From contig CAVOXA010000001.1 of the NCBI GenBank assembly GCA_963700285.1, forward strand, positions 640,001 through 704,000: DNA of 64,000 nucleotides, read 5' to 3'. Position 1 is the stretch's first letter. Every line of letters starts with the position of its first letter. Positions 61,491-64,000 of the stretch are shown piece by piece. This stretch comes from an uncultured Chloroflexia bacterium. Its GTDB lineage: Bacteria; Chloroflexota; Anaerolineae; JAAYZQ01. A program made the position numbers and the translations under genes. The notes beneath the pieces were generated by a model. That model worked only from the letters and a program-made list of their open reading frames with translations, searched no databases and was not told the origin of the DNA.

Positions 61491-64000
61491 TCATGGCCTG
61501 GCAGGTGATCCTGGCCAGGCGTTCCTCCATGAACTTGATGTTTTTGCGCTTCCCCTCCCCCGCAGGCGCTGCGCTGCGGCCGTGAAGTAATGGTGGTTTT
61601 CCAGCATCCTCAATTGGCTGCGGATCCACTGCTCTAGACTTACCGAGACGCCTGATGAGGCCATCTCGGTCTGTAGCGCCTCGTTGCGAGGCAGGAAGTC
61701 GTCGCGACCCAGAACGTCCAAGTCCGCATCGGCCAGGATCTCCTCCAAGGGCGTCTGTGGCGTTTGGGGCAACTGGGTGGCCATGATCATACCCTGGATA
61801 GCTGCCACCTGGGCCTGGGAGAAGCCAAAGGTCGGCAGCAGCTCCGCTGCCAACTCGGCACCAATCCGCTCATGCTCCTGTTGCTGTACTACAAAACCCA
61901 GGTCGTGATACGCGGCTGCCACTTCCAGCAGCTGGGACTCTTCCTGACTTACGCCGGTCATCGCCGCCAGGCGTTGGACTGCCGGCAGAACATCATCCCG
62001 GGTGTGGAACAGGTTGTGGTAGGTCAGCTTGGGCGACAGCTCCCGCTCCAGCCGCTCCAGCGCCAGTGCTTTCGCCCCCTCATAATCTACGTCCTCCTGC
62101 CCATAGAACTCTGTACTGAGCACCGCGGCCCCGGCGTCGAGTTCCAGGCTCTCCTGCAGGTATCGCTCCGCGTCCTCGAACGCGCCTGTTCGTAGTGCCT
62201 CTTGCCCCGCCTTCTCCAGGTAGTCGATCGCCCTCGCCGGTTCCTCCGCCTGCCGCCAGTGATGGGCCAGGGTGGCATAGTGAGGCGCCAGGTTCTCCAT
62301 GTAGCGGCGCTCATAGCCCTCGGCTGCCAGCCGGTGCATGTGGCGCCGCTGGGCGAACAGCATCGAGCCGTATGCCAGCTCCCGGACGGCACCACCTTGG
62401 AATCTGTACGTTTCTTCTGCCGATTCCTGGACCACCAGGCCCGCATCTTCCAACACCCGCAGGTGCTCGCCCAGTCGAGCCCTGCCCGGATCGGCGGGGT
62501 GGATCTCTGCCATCATGGCGACGGAGAACGAGTGCCCGAGCACGCTGGCCAGCTTCAGGGTCAGCTGCTGTCCTGGTGTCAGCTGGTCAATGACGGCCTG
62601 GAGTACTCCCTCATCGCCGGTGGCGCGTTCTGGTTCCCCGAGCGGACAGAAGACCGGGATCGGATCTTCCATGCCCTTGACGGCAACAGGCGGCAGCCTT
62701 TCAAAGGCCATCTGTGCCTTCGCGCCGTGGTACACCGCCTCGTCACAGAGGATAGCGCCTACCTCGGCCTGCATCATCAGCCTGGCTGCCAGGATTGTCC
62801 TGTCGCCCAGGACGCCGTAGGTGCGCTGTGTGGGACCGCCATAGGACCCTGTCCGCATCAGACCCCTGGCCAAGCCCACTTGAACGCCGGTGATAAATCC
62901 CAGCGACGGGGGTGGCGACCGAAGTGCCAGGCCTGCGCCAACAGCCCGGACCTCGTCGTCGCTGTGGGCTATGGGCGCCCCAAAAGCGGCATACAGATAG
63001 CTGCCCTTGTCGCCGGTGGTCAGCTGGATCAGTGCACCCTCCCGCTCTTCGATCACGCTCTGTACCCAGCGCACGTAGGCGTCCAGCTTTTTTCCCGCCT
63101 CCTCATCCCCGTCATAGTCGATGCCTCCAAACCGGACGAACAGGGCAACAGCCGGCCGCAGCTCGGCCAGGAACTGCTTCATGCCGCTGCACATGCGGCG
63201 GTACACCGCGGGCAGGAGCCAGGGCCGGCATTGCTCCTCGGACAGGCTGTTTGGCGGCAGCTCGGGCCAGGGCAGCTCGGGTACAGGCTCATCCAGGCCC
63301 GAGACGACCGCATAGCGCTGGCCTGTGGGATCGTCGATGCGCCAACCGGCAATCCTGACGCTTCCGCCGGCCCGTTCGACGATGCCGGCCTGAACAACGA
63401 CTTCCTCAGGCTGAGCCAGCTGCTCGGCCCGGGCCAGGTCGTCCAGCGTCCGCCCCGCAACGACCTCGATGTTCTGGATCTGGGGATCACCGGCCAGGAA
63501 GCGGCGTACCGGGCCGCATACGACGGCGACCTTGATGGCCAGTGAGAAGGAGTCGCCTGACGGAGTCTGGACGGCGGCGAAGGGAGTCATGGCCTGCTGC
63601 ATGGCCAGCCCGCAAGCTACGGCGCGCAGACCTGCGCCCGCTGATGCTGCGACAGGCTCACCACGCAAGCTGAGGGCAGGGTCGTCATCCAGCCAGCAGG
63701 TGATGGCGTCGCCGCTGAAGCCAATGATGCTGCCCCCGTAGCGGTGTACCTCGGCGATCAGCGCCCCGTAGACCTGGTTCAGCAGCCGGGTGAGCTCCTC
63801 CGCCCCGCGCTGCAGGCCCAGGGACTGGGCCAGGGCGGCCGTGAAAGGTGTAAAGCCGGAGATGTCGGCGAAAATCGCCGCTCCCGTGGTCCGGTCGGGC
63901 AGGGTGCGCCCGTGTACCAGCGCCTGGCGGCGATCCATGGGCACATAGACGCTGGGCGGCTCGACAAAGGCAAGTCGCATCTCCTCGACGTCCAGTTGTA
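61491..64000 (-). CDS. sAC-like class III nucleotide cyclase (two domains) + short TPR region + HD phosphohydrolase domain
   Basis: FADISGFT, FSGDAI, GDKG..FGAP, YGVLGD...AARLM; YHNLFHT, AAAYHDLG, ADADL. The frame is open to the window edge upstream of ATG 63980. Confidence 0.88.
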   Translation of the reverse strand, partial: QLDVEEMRLAFVEPPSVYVPMDRRQALVHGRTLPDRTTGAAIFADISGFTPFTAALAQSLGLQRGAEELTRLLNQVYGALIAEVHRYGGSIIGFSGDAITCWLDDDPALSLRGEPVAASAGAGLRAVACGLAMQQAMTPFAAVQTPSGDSFSLAIKVAVVCGPVRRFLAGDPQIQNIEVVAGRTLDDLARAEQLAQPEEVVVQAGIVERAGGSVRIAGWRIDDPTGQRYAVVSGLDEPVPELPWPELPPNSLSEEQCRPWLLPAVYRRMCSGMKQFLAELRPAVALFVRFGGIDYDGDEEAGKKLDAYVRWVQSVIEEREGALIQLTTGDKGSYLYAAFGAPIAHSDDEVRAVGAGLALRSPPPSLGFITGVQVGLARGLMRTGSYGGPTQRTYGVLGDRTILAARLMMQAEVGAILCDEAVYHGAKAQMAFERLPPVAVKGMEDPIPVFCPLGEPERATGDEGVLQAVIDQLTPGQQLTLKLASVLGHSFSVAMMAEIHPADPGRARLGEHLRVLEDAGLVVQESAEETYRFQGGAVRELAYGSMLFAQRRHMHRLAAEGYERRYMENLAPHYATLAHHWRQAEEPARAIDYLEKAGQEALRTGAFEDAERYLQESLELDAGAAVLSTEFYGQEDVDYEGAKALALERLERELSPKLTYHNLFHTRDDVLPAVQRLAAMTGVSQEESQLLEVAAAYHDLGFVVQQQEHERIGAELAAELLPTFGFSQAQVAAIQGMIMATQLPQTPQTPLEEILADADLDVLGRDDFLPRNEALQTEMASSGVSVSLEQWIRSQLRMLENHHYFTAAAQRLRGRGSAKTSSSWRNAWPGSPARP

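Overview
A GC-rich bacterial chromosomal window, most likely Chloroflexota/Anaerolineae. That assignment is an inference from the CSLREA protein with a C-terminal IYLPMM tail and from the general gene content. Most of the window is housekeeping and accessory genes: ftsK (5' part), an S1-domain protein, hisS, a HerA-like ATPase, rtcA, a cold-shock/RNA-metabolism cluster (csp, RRM, rnj, degV, desaturase, rpsU, carD), ppk1, miaA, fabF, AOR-moaD, SRAP, pncB-nadE, mttB, an RNB nuclease and two CAU tRNAs. The 10.5-16.6 kb region is a mobile-element hotspot. It holds a duplicated promoter/leader whose identical site carries an intact IS110 (bridge-recombinase) element in one copy and a 160-bp MITE with the same donor ends in the other, plus IS630, IS3 and ISNCY pieces. 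The most interesting candidates are: (1) a tightly coupled operon of XPB helicase plus two p52/Tfb2-like helicase-associated proteins, one with a SWIM finger, resembling a bacterial TFIIH core; (2) a class III cyclase-HD phosphohydrolase fusion next to an MFS transporter with a cNMP-binding domain; (3) the IS110/MITE pair; (4) an ORF-less, structured ~285-nt transcript between a near-consensus promoter and a terminator downstream of hisS. Several single-base frameshifts (XPB, IS3 orfB, the repeat protein, the cyclase tail) look like long-read assembly errors, but this cannot be proven from the sequence. All family assignments are from motif recognition; no database searches were run.
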